NCBI GenBank assembly: GCA_017516885.1
Contig: JAFXAR010000074.1
Span: 6,727 to 70,726 of the forward strand
Direction of reading: 5' to 3'
Origin: Bacteroidaceae bacterium
GTDB taxonomy: Bacteria > Bacteroidota > Bacteroidia > Bacteroidales > Bacteroidaceae
DNA length: 64,000 nucleotides
The notes under the pieces are model-generated. The model made no database searches. It was given only the letters and a program-made list of their open reading frames with translations, and had not been told where the DNA came from. Position numbers and translations under genes: made by a program. Positions 40,213 to 51,282 of the stretch are shown here, piece by piece. How positions within the stretch are numbered: the first letter of the stretch is position 1; every line of letters starts with the position of its first letter.

Positions 40213-40539
40213 ATGCCACACATACACATCAAATTGAGCGTCTCGGAATGGGACATCGGCGGCAAGAACGACACTACATCATACGTTCTTGACAGCGAAA
40301 TAACAGAAGCAGGCGAAGTTCTTGTCGTGAACAAGACATTTCCTAAACGGTATACATTCACAGTGAAAGGTATTTCTGACACGGAGATATGCCTTGATTG
40401 CGAATGCCCTCCCATGCGCCTGCACCTTAAAAAAGGCGAGCCCTACAATGCAGAATACAACATAGAAGGCTACGAGGACCACGACGGCTGCGTCTGGAAT
40501 GGCGAGGATGAGTATCTGACCATAGAGTGGCATGACTGA
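40213..40539 (+). CDS. Hypothetical protein (108 aa)
   Basis: An ORF with normal composition lying between comM and the LOG-family gene. No family was recognised. Confidence 0.5.
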   Translation: MPHIHIKLSVSEWDIGGKNDTTSYVLDSEITEAGEVLVVNKTFPKRYTFTVKGISDTEICLDCECPPMRLHLKKGEPYNAEYNIEGYEDHDGCVWNGEDEYLTIEWHD

Positions 40540-40574
40540 CAAGCTGCACCCCGCAAACAATAGAACAACGGACA

Positions 40575-41159
40575 ATGGAAATAAACAATATCTGCGTCTA
40601 CTGCGCATCGAGCAACAAGGCTGCCGAAGTTTACGGCAACACAGCATATAATCTTGGAGCACTGCTTGCCAAAGAAGGAATAACCGTTGTGACCGGCGCG
40701 GGAAGCATTGGCCTCATGCGCATGGTAGAGGACGGCGCGCTTGAGCACGGCGGCAAGGCTATTGGTGTAATCCCGCAGTTCATGGTGGAGCAGGGATGGC
40801 ATCATACCGGGCTCACAGAACTGCACATCACAGAGAGCATGCACGAACGCAAGCAGAGAATGGCAAGCCTGAGCGATGCAGTCATTGCACTGCCCGGCGG
40901 CTGCGGCACAATCGAGGAACTGAGCGAAATAATAACATGGAAACAGCTGGGCCTCTACTTCAACCCAATTGTAATACTCAACATAAACGGATACTACGAC
41001 CATTTCATCGCCCAGCTGGAGAAAGCTGTCGAGGAGCGTTTCATGGGAGAGATACATGCCAAGATATGGAGCGTTGCAACCACGCCCGAAGAGGCGCTTG
41101 AGCAGATAAGGAACACTCCGCGCTGGGATTCCTCAATAAGAAAGTACGCTGCACTATGA
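40575..41159 (+). CDS. LOG-family (TIGR00730) Rossmann-fold protein
   Basis: VYCASS, GAGSIGLM and the PGGCGTIEEL signature are present. Confidence 0.88.
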   Translation: MEINNICVYCASSNKAAEVYGNTAYNLGALLAKEGITVVTGAGSIGLMRMVEDGALEHGGKAIGVIPQFMVEQGWHHTGLTELHITESMHERKQRMASLSDAVIALPGGCGTIEELSEIITWKQLGLYFNPIVILNINGYYDHFIAQLEKAVEERFMGEIHAKIWSVATTPEEALEQIRNTPRWDSSIRKYAAL

Positions 41160-41851
41160 CAGATGCGACCGCACCATACAATATGGTAAACGACAGCACT
41201 ATGATGCTGCTGCTTATACTGAATATCGTAAGCATCGCATACGTTGTGATTATGAACGGAGCAAGCATTGCCGAGCGCATAAAAGGACTATTCTATTACC
41301 GCCGCAACGCAACGCCCTTCAACGACAGAACACACATCACAAAAATATGCAATATACTGCTGAACATCCAAACAGTATTTTACCTTTCCCTGACGGCAAT
41401 GCTTGTGCTGCAAAAAAACAGCCTGCTTGAAATAAACGGCAAGTCACTGTCCATTGCAGGAGTATTTACGCTCTTTTTTGCAACCGTTATTCTATTGAAG
41501 CGACTTGCGTATGGCCTGGTAAACAGCATCCTGTTTTCAAGGAAGGAAGTAGAGGAATGGGACGAACTATATTCCTTTACAACAAAGCTTCTGGGCTTCA
41601 CAATCACGCCTGCAGCGGCAGTTATGATATTCATACCCGCGCTGCCTACTATTTATGTATATTTTTATATATTTTTGACACTGCTTCTCTTTGTTTGCAC
41701 TAAAACAAATGGCCTGTTTAGAATCATTTTCACTAAAAACCGAAACTATTTGGATATTTTTTTGTACCTTTGCGCACTTGAATTTTTGCCCATGGCAATG
41801 GCGTGGAAATTCATACTGGAATTGAGTGAATTTATAACGATAAAAATTTAG
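41156..41851 (+). CDS. Multi-pass membrane protein (DUF4271-like)
   Basis: About six hydrophobic segments. The position immediately upstream of the HemD-like gene matches the usual Bacteroidetes arrangement, as recalled rather than checked. Confidence 0.6.
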   Translation: MTDATAPYNMVNDSTMMLLLILNIVSIAYVVIMNGASIAERIKGLFYYRRNATPFNDRTHITKICNILLNIQTVFYLSLTAMLVLQKNSLLEINGKSLSIAGVFTLFFATVILLKRLAYGLVNSILFSRKEVEEWDELYSFTTKLLGFTITPAAAVMIFIPALPTIYVYFYIFLTLLLFVCTKTNGLFRIIFTKNRNYLDIFLYLCALEFLPMAMAWKFILELSEFITIKI

Positions 41852-41855
41852 GACA

Positions 41856-42596
41856 TTGAAAGTAAGTAAGATTCTGGTTTCACAGCCAAAGCCGACTACA
41901 GGAAAATCTCCATATTTTGATCTTGCGGAGAAGCATAACGTACAGATTGACTTCTGTTCTTTTATAAAAGTTGAGGGGGTAACAGCAAAGGAATTCCGCC
42001 AGCAGAAGGTATCAATTCTTGACCACACTGCAATTGTATTCCTTTCACGCCATTCAATTGACCACTTCTTTACACTCTGCAAGGAATTGCGTGTAAGCAT
42101 CCCCGATGACATGAAGTATTTCTGCCTTTCCGAGACAATTTCGCTCTACATACAGAAATATGTGCAGTACCGCAAGCGCAAGGTATTCTTCGGCAACGGA
42201 CACATCCAGGACCTTGAACCGCTTTTTGCAAAGCACAAGAACGAGAAGTATTTCATTCCTACCTCAAACGTGCACAATGCAGAGATAAATTCACTTTTTG
42301 ACAAGTATGGCATACAGCACTCACAGGCAGAAATGTACCGCACCGTAAGCACAGACATTTCTCCTGAGTACATCAAGTCATACGACATGCTTATTTTCTT
42401 CAGCCCGCACGGCATCGATTCACTCAAGAAGAATGTACCCGATTATGAGCAGGGCGAGCAGCTCATAGCATGCTTCGGCAACGTAACAGCAAAGTGCATC
42501 AAGGAGAACGGCTTGAGGCTCGACCTTGAGGCGCCGTCGGCAGCAGCAACAAACATGCCCGCCGCACTTGACACGTTCTTGCAGACTAACAAGTAA
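41856..42596 (+). CDS. Uroporphyrinogen-III synthase (HemD-like)
   Basis: A TTG start gives MKVSKILVSQPKP, the typical N-terminus of Bacteroidetes HemD-like proteins. An upstream in-frame stop at 41849-41851 excludes any ATG. Confidence 0.75.
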   Translation: MKVSKILVSQPKPTTGKSPYFDLAEKHNVQIDFCSFIKVEGVTAKEFRQQKVSILDHTAIVFLSRHSIDHFFTLCKELRVSIPDDMKYFCLSETISLYIQKYVQYRKRKVFFGNGHIQDLEPLFAKHKNEKYFIPTSNVHNAEINSLFDKYGIQHSQAEMYRTVSTDISPEYIKSYDMLIFFSPHGIDSLKKNVPDYEQGEQLIACFGNVTAKCIKENGLRLDLEAPSAAATNMPAALDTFLQTNK

Positions 42597-42667
42597 CGTA
42601 CGTTGCGTTCCCCGGCACAAGGCAGAAAAGGCCGTCTGCACTGCAGGCCGGGGCAAATCAAAAAACA

Positions 42668-43060
42668 ATGAAGAGAAATACATTCCCTCTTAAAGAACAC
42701 CTCAAGAGCAAAAAAGCCATTGAGAAATTATACGCCGAAGGGGCAGCTGTAACAGCATTCCCCCTTCGCGCTGTGTTTCTTGAGGTATCTGCCGATGAGC
42801 AAGAACCCACAGCTGCAATTCTCATAAATGTCGCAAAAAAGAGATTCCGCCACGCAGTAGACCGCAATCTTGTAAAGAGACGCATTCGGGAAGCATACCG
42901 CACAGGCAAGCACAGATTCATAGACACACTGCAAAACAGCGGAAAGAAAATGGCAGTAGCAATACTGTACATTGACAATAGGCACAACAGCACAGCCTTC
43001 CTTAAAAGGAAAATGGAAAAACTGCTGGACGGCATAATTGCAAAAAGCGCCAAAGAATGA
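42668..43060 (+). CDS. rnpA: Ribonuclease P protein component
   Basis: 130 aa and basic, with the motif [22 protein letters not shown]. It is followed by yidD, as in the conserved rnpA-yidD pair. Confidence 0.88.
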   Translation: MKRNTFPLKEHLKSKKAIEKLYAEGAAVTAFPLRAVFLEVSADEQEPTAAILINVAKKRFRHAVDRNLVKRRIREAYRTGKHRFIDTLQNSGKKMAVAILYIDNRHNSTAFLKRKMEKLLDGIIAKSAKE

Positions 43061-43278
43061 AAAAGCTGCTTGTTGCCATATTAGTGCTCCCCATCAGGTT
43101 CTACCAAAAGTGCATCTCCCCGCTGACACCGCCGTCGTGCCGCTTTACTCCAACATGCTCGCAATACGCCATTGAAGCACTGCGCAAGCATGGTCCTTTC
43201 AAAGGAATGTGGCTGGCAATAAAGCGCATATTGCGCTGCCACCCTTGGGGAGGTTCGGGATACGACCCTGTACCATAA
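43057..43278 (+). CDS. yidD: Membrane protein insertion efficiency factor YidD
   Basis: [31 protein letters not shown]...[13 protein letters not shown]. Confidence 0.93.
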   Translation: MKKLLVAILVLPIRFYQKCISPLTPPSCRFTPTCSQYAIEALRKHGPFKGMWLAIKRILRCHPWGGSGYDPVP

Positions 43279-43293
43279 AAAAACGAGAAAGGC

Positions 43294-43947
43294 ATGATTC
43301 TACTGGATATACATACCCACAACAAAGAGGCAAGCGCATCGGCAGCCATACTAAACAGCCGGCACTACCGCAGCGGCAGAGTCATTTCCATTGGAATACA
43401 CCCCTGGCACATTGAAGAGCATTGGCAAGCAGAGTTCCGCGCAATAGAAACAGCCGCAAGCAACAGCAACGTAGCAGCAATTGGCGAATGCGGAATTGAC
43501 AGAATCAACTCACCGGCAAGCATTGAAGTACAGGAAACTATGTTCCGCGCCCATGCACAGCTTGCCGAAAAGGTGCAGAAGCCTCTTATTATACACTGCG
43601 TTAAAGCCATAGACGAAATCATAGCACTGCGAAAGGAGATAGAACCAAAGCAGCCATGGATTATACATGGCTTCCGCGGCAAGCCACAGCAGGCCGAGCA
43701 GCTTGCGAGAGCCGGATTCCACATATCCCTTGGCGAGCGCTTCAACCCGCTATCGGCAAAATCAATCCCCGCAGACAAGATATTCATTGAAAGCGACGAA
43801 AGCAGCATGCCGCTAATCGACATATACAATTCAGTGGCAGCAGCCAAAGGCATAAGCACCAAAGAACTTGCACGGCAGACAGCATCAAACGCAAGAATAT
43901 TCAAACAGGACTTTAGCAATTTATTAGAGAGTGTTTCTGAATTTTAG
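43294..43947 (+). CDS. TatD-family metal-dependent hydrolase
   Basis: DIHTH at the N-terminus, IGECGID, and PLIIHCVKA are present. The protein is ~217 aa. Confidence 0.8.
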   Translation: MILLDIHTHNKEASASAAILNSRHYRSGRVISIGIHPWHIEEHWQAEFRAIETAASNSNVAAIGECGIDRINSPASIEVQETMFRAHAQLAEKVQKPLIIHCVKAIDEIIALRKEIEPKQPWIIHGFRGKPQQAEQLARAGFHISLGERFNPLSAKSIPADKIFIESDESSMPLIDIYNSVAAAKGISTKELARQTASNARIFKQDFSNLLESVSEF

Positions 43948-44079
43948 GCAATAAATTGCTGCAATATTTGGCAATGCCGGACAAAAATACTTACTTTTGC
44001 AACAAAGCCGTTTATCTGCATGGAGGTTCTGCAAATATGAACCGCCCGCAAAAAGAATAATTGACCACAAACATACAGC

Positions 44080-44481
44080 ATGGATTCTCTCAGGACATTC
44101 ACCGACAGCCGCGGCAGCCTTACGATAGCAGAAGAGGGGCACGAAGTGCCTTTCAAGATACAGCGCGTCTACTGGATACACAATGTACCCGGCGGCGAGG
44201 AGCGCGGCAAGCATTCAAACAAAGTCTCATGGGAGTATGTGGTGGCAGTAAACGGAAGCGTTGAAATAACACTTGAGGACATAAACGGCAGGAAGACCTA
44301 TCTGCTCAATTCAAAGGACAAAGGACTGCTTATACCGCCCGACACATGGGACGAGATTAGGAACTTCTCTCCCGATGCAATACTGCTTGTGCTCGCATCG
44401 CACGCCTACGACGAATCGGCATATATAAATTCATACGAAGAGTTTCTGCAATATATCGGCAAGAACCAAAAAGGACAATGA
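44080..44481 (+). CDS. FdtA/WxcM-like cupin, sugar 3,4-ketoisomerase
   Basis: F.D.RGSLT..E...VPF.I.R.Y.I..VP....RG.H is present, ~133 aa, coupled to an aminotransferase gene. Confidence 0.8.
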   Translation: MDSLRTFTDSRGSLTIAEEGHEVPFKIQRVYWIHNVPGGEERGKHSNKVSWEYVVAVNGSVEITLEDINGRKTYLLNSKDKGLLIPPDTWDEIRNFSPDAILLVLASHAYDESAYINSYEEFLQYIGKNQKGQ

Positions 44482-45593
44482 TAAAATACTGCGACCTAAA
44501 GAAAATCAACAGCGCCTACGGCGCTGAATTACAGGAAGCCATGCTGCGTGCAATAGGCTCAGGATGGTATATATTAGGCAGCGAAACCCGGTTCTTTGAG
44601 GAACAGTTTGCCGAATACTGCGGCAGCAGGCACTGCATAGGCACAGGAAACGGCCTTGATGCACTTACAATAATACTGCTTGCATACAGGGAGAACGGAG
44701 CAGTCAAAGAGGGCGACGAGGTCATTGTCCCCGCAAACACATACATAGCAACCATACTTGCAATAATGCACGCAGGACTTAAACCGGTGCTTTGCGAGCC
44801 CTCGCCGAAGAGATACTGCATTGACCCAAACAGAATTGAAGCACTTATAACAGAGCGCACAAAAGCCATTATGCCAGTACATCTTTACGGGCAAGCATGC
44901 GACATGGCACAGATAAGCACAATTGCCCGCAAGCATTCGCTCCTGGTAATTGAAGATGCCGCACAGGCGCATGGTGCAATATATAATGGCAAGCGCACCG
45001 GGAACTTAGGCGATGCTGCCGCATTCAGCTTTTACCCAGGGAAGAATCTTGGCGCGCTGGGCGACGGAGGGGCAATCACAACCAACGACACGCAGCTTGC
45101 CGACACAGCAAGGGCAATAGCCAATTACGGTTCGCAAAAGAAATATGTAAACAAATACATTGGCCTGAACAGCCGCCTTGACGAGATTCAGGCAGCGGCG
45201 CTGGCTGTAAAGCTAAAGCATCTTGACAGAGAAAATGCAAGACGCCGCGAAATCGCACGCCTCTACATTGAGGGCATAAGCAACCCGCTAATAAAACTGC
45301 CGCAGATTGCCGATTACAGCAGCCATGCATTCCACATATTTGCAATAATGTCGGCCGAAAGGGAGATGCTGCAGGAGCATCTGAGAGCAAGCGGCATTGA
45401 GACGCTTATCCACTACCCCATCCCCCCGCACAAGCAGGAGGCTTTGAAAAGCTTCGCCCACCTGTCACTGCCCATTACCGAGCAGATACACAGAGAGGAA
45501 CTGAGCCTGCCCTGCAATCCGTCAATGAGCAATGCCGATGCAAAGCAGGTAATTGCCGCCATAAACAGCTTTAAGGGAGGCATCATAAATTAA
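44478..45593 (+). CDS. DegT/DnrJ/EryC1/StrS-family sugar aminotransferase (FdtB/WecE-like)
   Basis: [31 protein letters not shown] and [16 protein letters not shown] (PLP lysine region) are present. It overlaps the preceding gene by 4 nt. Confidence 0.88.
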   Translation: MIKYCDLKKINSAYGAELQEAMLRAIGSGWYILGSETRFFEEQFAEYCGSRHCIGTGNGLDALTIILLAYRENGAVKEGDEVIVPANTYIATILAIMHAGLKPVLCEPSPKRYCIDPNRIEALITERTKAIMPVHLYGQACDMAQISTIARKHSLLVIEDAAQAHGAIYNGKRTGNLGDAAAFSFYPGKNLGALGDGGAITTNDTQLADTARAIANYGSQKKYVNKYIGLNSRLDEIQAAALAVKLKHLDRENARRREIARLYIEGISNPLIKLPQIADYSSHAFHIFAIMSAEREMLQEHLRASGIETLIHYPIPPHKQEALKSFAHLSLPITEQIHREELSLPCNPSMSNADAKQVIAAINSFKGGIIN

Positions 45594-45664
45594 GCAGAAA
45601 CAAGAACCGCCCTGCAAAGAATAATTGATTGCTGACTTTCAGAGCACCACTAAGACACAAGAAC

Positions 45665-46315
45665 TTATTCCTTCTCGCCAAAGCAGAGGTCACCGGCATC
45701 GCCTAACCCCGGAACAATATAAGCATGCTCATTCAAGATGGGGTCAATTGCCGCACAATAGAGAATTGTATCCTCCGGGAAATTCTGCACAACATAATCC
45801 ACAGCCTGCCTGCTGGCAATAACACAGGCAAAGATAGTTTTTGCAGGAGTTCCCTTGGAGAGCATTGCGCGGTATGAGAGGCCGGCACTTATTCCGGTTG
45901 CCAGCATCGGGTCGACCAATATAAGCGTCTTACCTTCAAGACGCGGCGATGCGAGATACTCCACTATCACATCAAACTCATTCTCGTTTCGATACTTGCG
46001 GTAGGCCGACACAAAAGCATTCTCGCAGTTGTCGAAATAGTTGTGAAAACCGGTGTGCAGCGGCAAGCCGGCACGCAATATCGTTCCAAGAACAACCTTG
46101 TCGGCGGGAACATTCTGTTCGGCGGGACTGTTGGGGGTTTCTATTGTAACAGTCTTGTACTCGAGTTCCTTGCTTATCTCGTATGCCATTATTTCACCAA
46201 TGCGGGCAATGTTGCGGCGGAAGCGCATGGAATCATTCTGCACATTTATATCACGAATCTCTGCAATGAACTTGTTGAGAATTGTATTGTTCTCTGATAA
46301 GTTTACTATTTTCAT
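45665..46315 (-). CDS. upp: Uracil phosphoribosyltransferase
   Basis: The start at MKIVNLSENNTILNKFIAEIRD (46315) is preferred. The 70-aa upstream extension in the ORF track is low-complexity. The PRPP motif LILVDPMLATG and C-terminal YIVPGLGDAGD are present. Confidence 0.9.
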   Translation of the reverse strand: MKIVNLSENNTILNKFIAEIRDINVQNDSMRFRRNIARIGEIMAYEISKELEYKTVTIETPNSPAEQNVPADKVVLGTILRAGLPLHTGFHNYFDNCENAFVSAYRKYRNENEFDVIVEYLASPRLEGKTLILVDPMLATGISAGLSYRAMLSKGTPAKTIFACVIASRQAVDYVVQNFPEDTILYCAAIDPILNEHAYIVPGLGDAGDLCFGEKE

Positions 46316-46353
46316 GGTTAAGCCGTTGGGATTTGTATTTCGTTGCGAAGATA

Positions 46354-46361
46354 ACAAAAAT
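46354..46361 (-). promoter_or_regulatory. Candidate -7 box (TATTTTTG) for upp
   Basis: The plus-strand caaaaata is the reverse complement of the TAnnTTTG consensus, 39 nt upstream of the proposed upp ATG. Confidence 0.4.
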
Positions 46362-46652
46362 ATGCAACAGACAGTCCGTACTTTTTTAATTTTATTAGAA
46401 CCACCTTTATTTCCCGATATTTTTATAAATATAACAAGGAATAGCAGACCTTTAAATTCGTTTGATATTTTGCCAGCATTTACCCCAAAATAGATAAAAA
46501 TTAAACAAAGCTCAGGCGAAAACACAAAACAAACAGCAAGTGAATTTTACATAAAAGAACCATTTGTCAATTGTTAAAATGTGCTGATTTTTGCTAAAAA
46601 TAGGCAAAAACCGCCTTTTTTACGACAATTAAAGAAATTTTTCTTTAATTAG

Positions 46653-46684
46653 TTTGAGAGATTCAGCAAAAAGATATATATTTG
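46653..46684 (+). promoter_or_regulatory. Candidate Bacteroidetes promoter for pckA (-33 TTTG at 46653-46656, -7 TATATTTG at 46677-46684)
   Basis: Both consensus elements are present with a ~20-bp spacer, ~100 nt upstream of the pckA ATG. Confidence 0.55.
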
Positions 46685-46783
46685 CATTCGGAGAACTTCG
46701 GCAAGTTGCACGACAGCGTGCCCGGCTGCTCCAAAAATATCAGAAAACAACAAAATATTAACCAATAATTCATTTTTAAAATT

Positions 46784-48382
46784 ATGGCAACATTAGATCT
46801 TACCAAGTATGGTATTACCGGTGCTGTAGAGGTGCTTCACAACCCCTCTTATGATGTACTCTTCGCAGAGGAGACAAAGCCCGGTCTTGAGGGTTATGAG
46901 GTTGGTCAGGTTACAGAACTTGGCGCAGTAAATGTAATGACAGGCGTTTACACCGGCCGTTCGCCTAAGGACAAGTTCATCGTTAAGGATGCTACTTCAG
47001 AGAACACTGTATGGTGGACTTCTGAGGAGTACAAGAACGACAACAAGCCTGTTACAACTGAGGCTTGGAACGCTCTCAAGGAGATTGCTACAAAGGAGCT
47101 TTCAAACAAGAGACTTTTCGTTGTTGACGCATTCTGCGGCGCTAACCCCGCTACACGCTTGAAGGTACGCTTCATCATGGAGGTTGCATGGCAGGCTCAC
47201 TTCGTTACAAATATGTTTATCACCCCCACTGCTGAGGAACTGGAGAACTTCGAGCCCGACTTTGTTGTTTACAACGCTTCAAAGGCTACAGTTCCCAACT
47301 ACAAGGAGCTTGGCTTGAACTCAGAGACAGCCGTTGTGTTCAACCTTACATCTAGGGAGCAGGTTATCCTCAACACATGGTACGGTGGTGAGATGAAGAA
47401 GGGTATGTTCTCTATGATGAACTACTATCTGCCTCTCCAGGGCATCGCTTCAATGCACTGCTCAGCAAACACAAACGAGAAGGGCGAGACAGCGATTTTC
47501 TTCGGTCTGTCTGGTACAGGAAAGACTACTCTTTCTACCGACCCCAAGCGCATGCTTATCGGTGACGACGAGCACGGATGGGATGACGATTCAGTATTCA
47601 ACTTCGAGGGCGGCTGCTACGCAAAGGTTATCAACCTCGACAAGGAGAGCGAGCCGGACATCTTCAACGCAATCAAGCGCGATGCACTTCTCGAGAACGT
47701 AACAGTTGATGCTAACGGCAAGATTGACTTCGCTGACAAGAGCGTAACAGAGAACACTCGTGTTTCTTACCCAATCAACCACATCAACAACATCAAGCCA
47801 GGTTCAATGGCCGCTCCTGCAAAGAAGGTAATCTTCCTTTCAGCAGACGCATTCGGTGTATTGCCTCCGGTTTCTATCCTGAACCCAGAGCAGACTCAGT
47901 ACTACTTCCTCAGCGGTTTCACCGCTAAGCTGGCAGGTACAGAGCGCGGCATCACTGAGCCAACTCCTACATTCTCTGCTTGCTTCGGCGCAGCATTCCT
48001 GAGCCTCCACCCAACAAAGTATGGCGAGGAGCTTGTTAAGAAGATGGAGAAGAACGGTGCTAAGGCTTACCTCGTTAACACAGGCTGGAACGGCACTGGC
48101 AAGCGTATCTCTATCAAGGATACACGCGGCATCATTGACGCAATCCTTGACGGTTCAATTGATACTGCTCCCACAAAGGTTATTCCTCACTTTGACTTCG
48201 TTGTTCCTACAGCGTTGCCAGGTGTTGACCCTGCAATCCTTGACCCACGCGACACATACGCTGACGCATCACAGTGGGAGGAGAAGGCTGTTGACTTGGC
48301 AGGCCGCTTCATCAAGAACTTCACCAAGTACACAGGCAACGAGGCTGGCAAGGCTCTTGTTGCAGCTGGTCCAAAGCTCTAA
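46784..48382 (+). CDS. pckA: Phosphoenolpyruvate carboxykinase (ATP)
   Basis: 532 aa; [23 protein letters not shown] (kinase-1a), LIGDDEHGW and [13 protein letters not shown] are present. Confidence 0.97.
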   Translation: MATLDLTKYGITGAVEVLHNPSYDVLFAEETKPGLEGYEVGQVTELGAVNVMTGVYTGRSPKDKFIVKDATSENTVWWTSEEYKNDNKPVTTEAWNALKEIATKELSNKRLFVVDAFCGANPATRLKVRFIMEVAWQAHFVTNMFITPTAEELENFEPDFVVYNASKATVPNYKELGLNSETAVVFNLTSREQVILNTWYGGEMKKGMFSMMNYYLPLQGIASMHCSANTNEKGETAIFFGLSGTGKTTLSTDPKRMLIGDDEHGWDDDSVFNFEGGCYAKVINLDKESEPDIFNAIKRDALLENVTVDANGKIDFADKSVTENTRVSYPINHINNIKPGSMAAPAKKVIFLSADAFGVLPPVSILNPEQTQYYFLSGFTAKLAGTERGITEPTPTFSACFGAAFLSLHPTKYGEELVKKMEKNGAKAYLVNTGWNGTGKRISIKDTRGIIDAILDGSIDTAPTKVIPHFDFVVPTALPGVDPAILDPRDTYADASQWEEKAVDLAGRFIKNFTKYTGNEAGKALVAAGPKL

Positions 48383-48403
48383 TAAATTCTTGAGCCAAAA
48401 TAT

Positions 48404-48436
48404 GGAGGGTGTGTCAAATTACTTTGGCCCACCCTC
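48404..48436 (+). terminator. Hairpin after pckA (8-bp GC-rich stem, long loop)
   Basis: ggagggtg ... caccctcc lies 22 nt after the stop. The loop is ~17 nt, so this is only a moderate candidate. Confidence 0.4.
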
Positions 48437-48460
48437 CAAAGTTTTAGAACACCGCGCATC

Positions 48461-49651
48461 ATGCTCAGCCCCGAGACAAAAGAATTCATACAGCAGCACC
48501 TGAACGACGACACCCGCACGCTTGCCCTCAAGGCTAAGCGCTACCCCGCTGTTGACATGCTCCAGGCTGTAACGCAGATTGAGGGGTGGCAGACAGCAAG
48601 GGAAAAACTGCCTGCATGGGCTGCCGCCAAAGGTATCATATATCCTCCGCGCATATCAATGGAACAGTGCTCCAGCGAGGCCACAGCCCTGTACAAGGCA
48701 TCAATTGCCAGCGGAGAGAGACTTGCCGACCTTACAGGCGGATTCGGCATTGACTGCAGCTACATGGCACGCGCATTCCAAAACGCAACATATATTGAAC
48801 GCAACACGCTGCTATGCGACATTGCAAAAGAGAATCTCACTCTGCTTGGGCTTAATCATATAAACATAATCAACGCAAACAGCGAAGAAGCACTCCCCAC
48901 CATGCCGGAACAGGACTGGATATTCATTGACCCGGCACGCCGCGACGGCGAGGGAAGAAAGGTTGTTGCGCTAAGCGATTGCGAACCTGATGTAACAGCA
49001 CTCGAGCAGCAGCTGCTTGAGAAAGCAGGCAAGGTCATGGTTAAATGTTCGCCTATGCTTGACATAACAGCCGCAAGCAAGCAGCTGACAAGCATTGAGG
49101 CAATACACATTGTTGCAGTGAACAACGAATGCAAGGAACTGCTTTTCATACTCGGCAAGGAAAGCCGCAACGATGTGCCGATAACCTGTGCCAATATACG
49201 CAAAGAAGGAACGGAAATTTTCACATTCTTTCAGAGCGAGGAAGCATCGGCATCTGTTACATACAGCAAAACCATCGAGCATTATCTTTACGAACCTAAT
49301 GCCGCAATACAGAAAAGCGGATGCATGAGAGCATTGTCGCAGAGGTTCGCACTGAAAAAGCTGCACCCTAACAGCCAGCTCTACACTTCGGACATCCTTT
49401 GCAAGGAGTTTCCCGGCCGCACATTTACAGTTGAAAAGGTATGCGGTTTCTCAAAGAGCGACATAAAAGAGATACAGGCCATAAGACAGGCAAACATTAC
49501 AATACGCAACTTTCCCGACACAGTACAGCAGCTGCGCAAGAAACTGAAACTTGCCGACGGCGGCGAACATTATCTGTTTGCCACCACCGTTTCCGATGGC
49601 AGCAAAGTAATTGCAGTATGCAAAAAAGAGACAGGAGAGAGTATTTGCTAA
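48461..49651 (+). CDS. Class I SAM-dependent methyltransferase with THUMP-like C-terminal region
   Basis: The motif I-like DLTGGFGIDCSYMA and the IFIDPARR motif are present. The ~396 aa length is typical of this Bacteroidales family. The substrate is unknown. Confidence 0.7.
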   Translation: MLSPETKEFIQQHLNDDTRTLALKAKRYPAVDMLQAVTQIEGWQTAREKLPAWAAAKGIIYPPRISMEQCSSEATALYKASIASGERLADLTGGFGIDCSYMARAFQNATYIERNTLLCDIAKENLTLLGLNHINIINANSEEALPTMPEQDWIFIDPARRDGEGRKVVALSDCEPDVTALEQQLLEKAGKVMVKCSPMLDITAASKQLTSIEAIHIVAVNNECKELLFILGKESRNDVPITCANIRKEGTEIFTFFQSEEASASVTYSKTIEHYLYEPNAAIQKSGCMRALSQRFALKKLHPNSQLYTSDILCKEFPGRTFTVEKVCGFSKSDIKEIQAIRQANITIRNFPDTVQQLRKKLKLADGGEHYLFATTVSDGSKVIAVCKKETGESIC

Positions 49652-50991
49652 ATCAGCGCCTCCCTAATGATTTCACTTGCTGTCGGGTGCGGGAACACTG
49701 TACGGCGCAACTGCCCCACAGTCAGCCCATTGCTTATGGCCATGGCCGCCGCGCATATAAACTCGCTTCCTGAATTTCCCAATATATGCACGCCAAGCAC
49801 CTTGTCATCCTTTGAAACAAGCACCTTGCAAAGACCGGTCACGCCTTCATTCTCAGCCACGAACCGCCCTGAATAGGTCATAGGAATCTTGCAGAGCCTG
49901 TATTCAATGCCGTTTAGCAGAGCCTGCTCCTCAGTAAGGCCTACACTGCTCACCTCGGGGTTGGTATACACAACCCCGGGAATTGCATTGTACTCCATAC
50001 GGTCATCAATACCCAATATATTATTGACAGCAACCTCAGCCTCCCTGCTTGCAGTGTGTGCGAGCATTGAAAAACCAGTTACATCTCCGGCTGCATAAAC
50101 ATTGGGCATGGATGTCTGCATACACTCGTTTACCTTAATGCCGCGCTCAGCCTCAACGGAAATATTTTCAAGACCGTACCCTTTAAGCACAGCCCTGCGG
50201 CCCACGCTCATAAGTATCTTTTCGCCCTCAACCTGCAATTCGCAGCCTTCGGCATCGGTAAAGAACACCGTACTGCCCTCAATCCTTGTCACCCTGCATT
50301 GCAGACAGAATTTAACGCCACGCTTGGCGTATATGCCACGAAGCATCTCACTTGCCTCCTTATCCATTCCGCCTAAGATTTCAGGCAGCATCTCTACCAC
50401 TGTAACAGGAACTCCCAAACTGTTATAAAGACTGGCAAACTCCATTCCTATGACACCGCCTCCTATAACGACAAGGCTTGCCGGCGCTTCGGTCATAGAG
50501 AGCAGCTCACGGTTCGTAATTACCGCTCCATTGCCCTCAACGCCAGGAATAGGCGGGACAAAAGCCTCGCTGCCGGTACATACAAGCAGTTTTTCGGCCT
50601 CGTACGCCTGACCGTCACAATTTATTGTAACATACTCCTGCGTTCCCGATGCAATGTACGCCTCTCCTCGCACCACCTCAACATTGCAGGCCTCCATCTT
50701 CATCTTTATGCCCGCAACCAACTTGCGCACAACCTTTGTCTTGCGGTCAACAATCTTCTTGTATTCATACGCAACATCACTGGCTGTAACACCATACTTC
50801 TTGCTGCCCGAAGCATGGTCGTACATCTTTGCACTGTAAAGCAGCGTCTTGGTGGGAATACACCCCTCGTTCAAACATACACCGCCTAATTCACGTTTCT
50901 CAAAGAGAACCACTTTAAGCCCCTTTGCCCCTGCACATTCAGCAGCCACATAGCCGGCAGGACCGCCGCCAATAATTGCCAAGTTATACAT
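49648..50991 (-). CDS. lpdA: Dihydrolipoyl dehydrogenase
   Basis: The FAD motif is IIGGGPAGYVAA. The redox disulfide GGVCLNEGCIPTK, the NAD motif VIGGGVIGMEFA, and C-terminal HPTASE are also present. Confidence 0.92.
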   Translation of the reverse strand: MYNLAIIGGGPAGYVAAECAGAKGLKVVLFEKRELGGVCLNEGCIPTKTLLYSAKMYDHASGSKKYGVTASDVAYEYKKIVDRKTKVVRKLVAGIKMKMEACNVEVVRGEAYIASGTQEYVTINCDGQAYEAEKLLVCTGSEAFVPPIPGVEGNGAVITNRELLSMTEAPASLVVIGGGVIGMEFASLYNSLGVPVTVVEMLPEILGGMDKEASEMLRGIYAKRGVKFCLQCRVTRIEGSTVFFTDAEGCELQVEGEKILMSVGRRAVLKGYGLENISVEAERGIKVNECMQTSMPNVYAAGDVTGFSMLAHTASREAEVAVNNILGIDDRMEYNAIPGVVYTNPEVSSVGLTEEQALLNGIEYRLCKIPMTYSGRFVAENEGVTGLCKVLVSKDDKVLGVHILGNSGSEFICAAAMAISNGLTVGQLRRTVFPHPTASEIIREALI

Positions 50992-51282
50992 AATACAAGA
51001 TTTCTGTTATAGAACTTTATTTATAAATTCAGGCTGATGCCATAATCCCTACTACTCCGCATTATGCCACAGCCACCAATGCAAACATATAAAAAAACCC
51101 GGAAGCATGCAAAAAAAGCGGAAGAGATTATATGCAATGCAAAACAGGGCGCAACATTTCCACGGTAGAGAAATACAGCGAGCTGCACAAAGAAATACTC
51201 AACAGCAATAACAAATACGCTAAAACTCTGTGAAGATTGTTACATCAAACCCATGCCATTCAGCCACTAGTGTCTGAAATCA

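Noticed and set aside
45665-46525. 286-aa version of the upp ORF
   Set aside because: The first 70 aa (MFSPELCLIFIYFGVNAGKISNEF...) are low-complexity and read through the A+T-rich promoter region. A consensus -7 box lies inside this extension, and the canonical Upp N-terminus begins at MKIVNL (46315).
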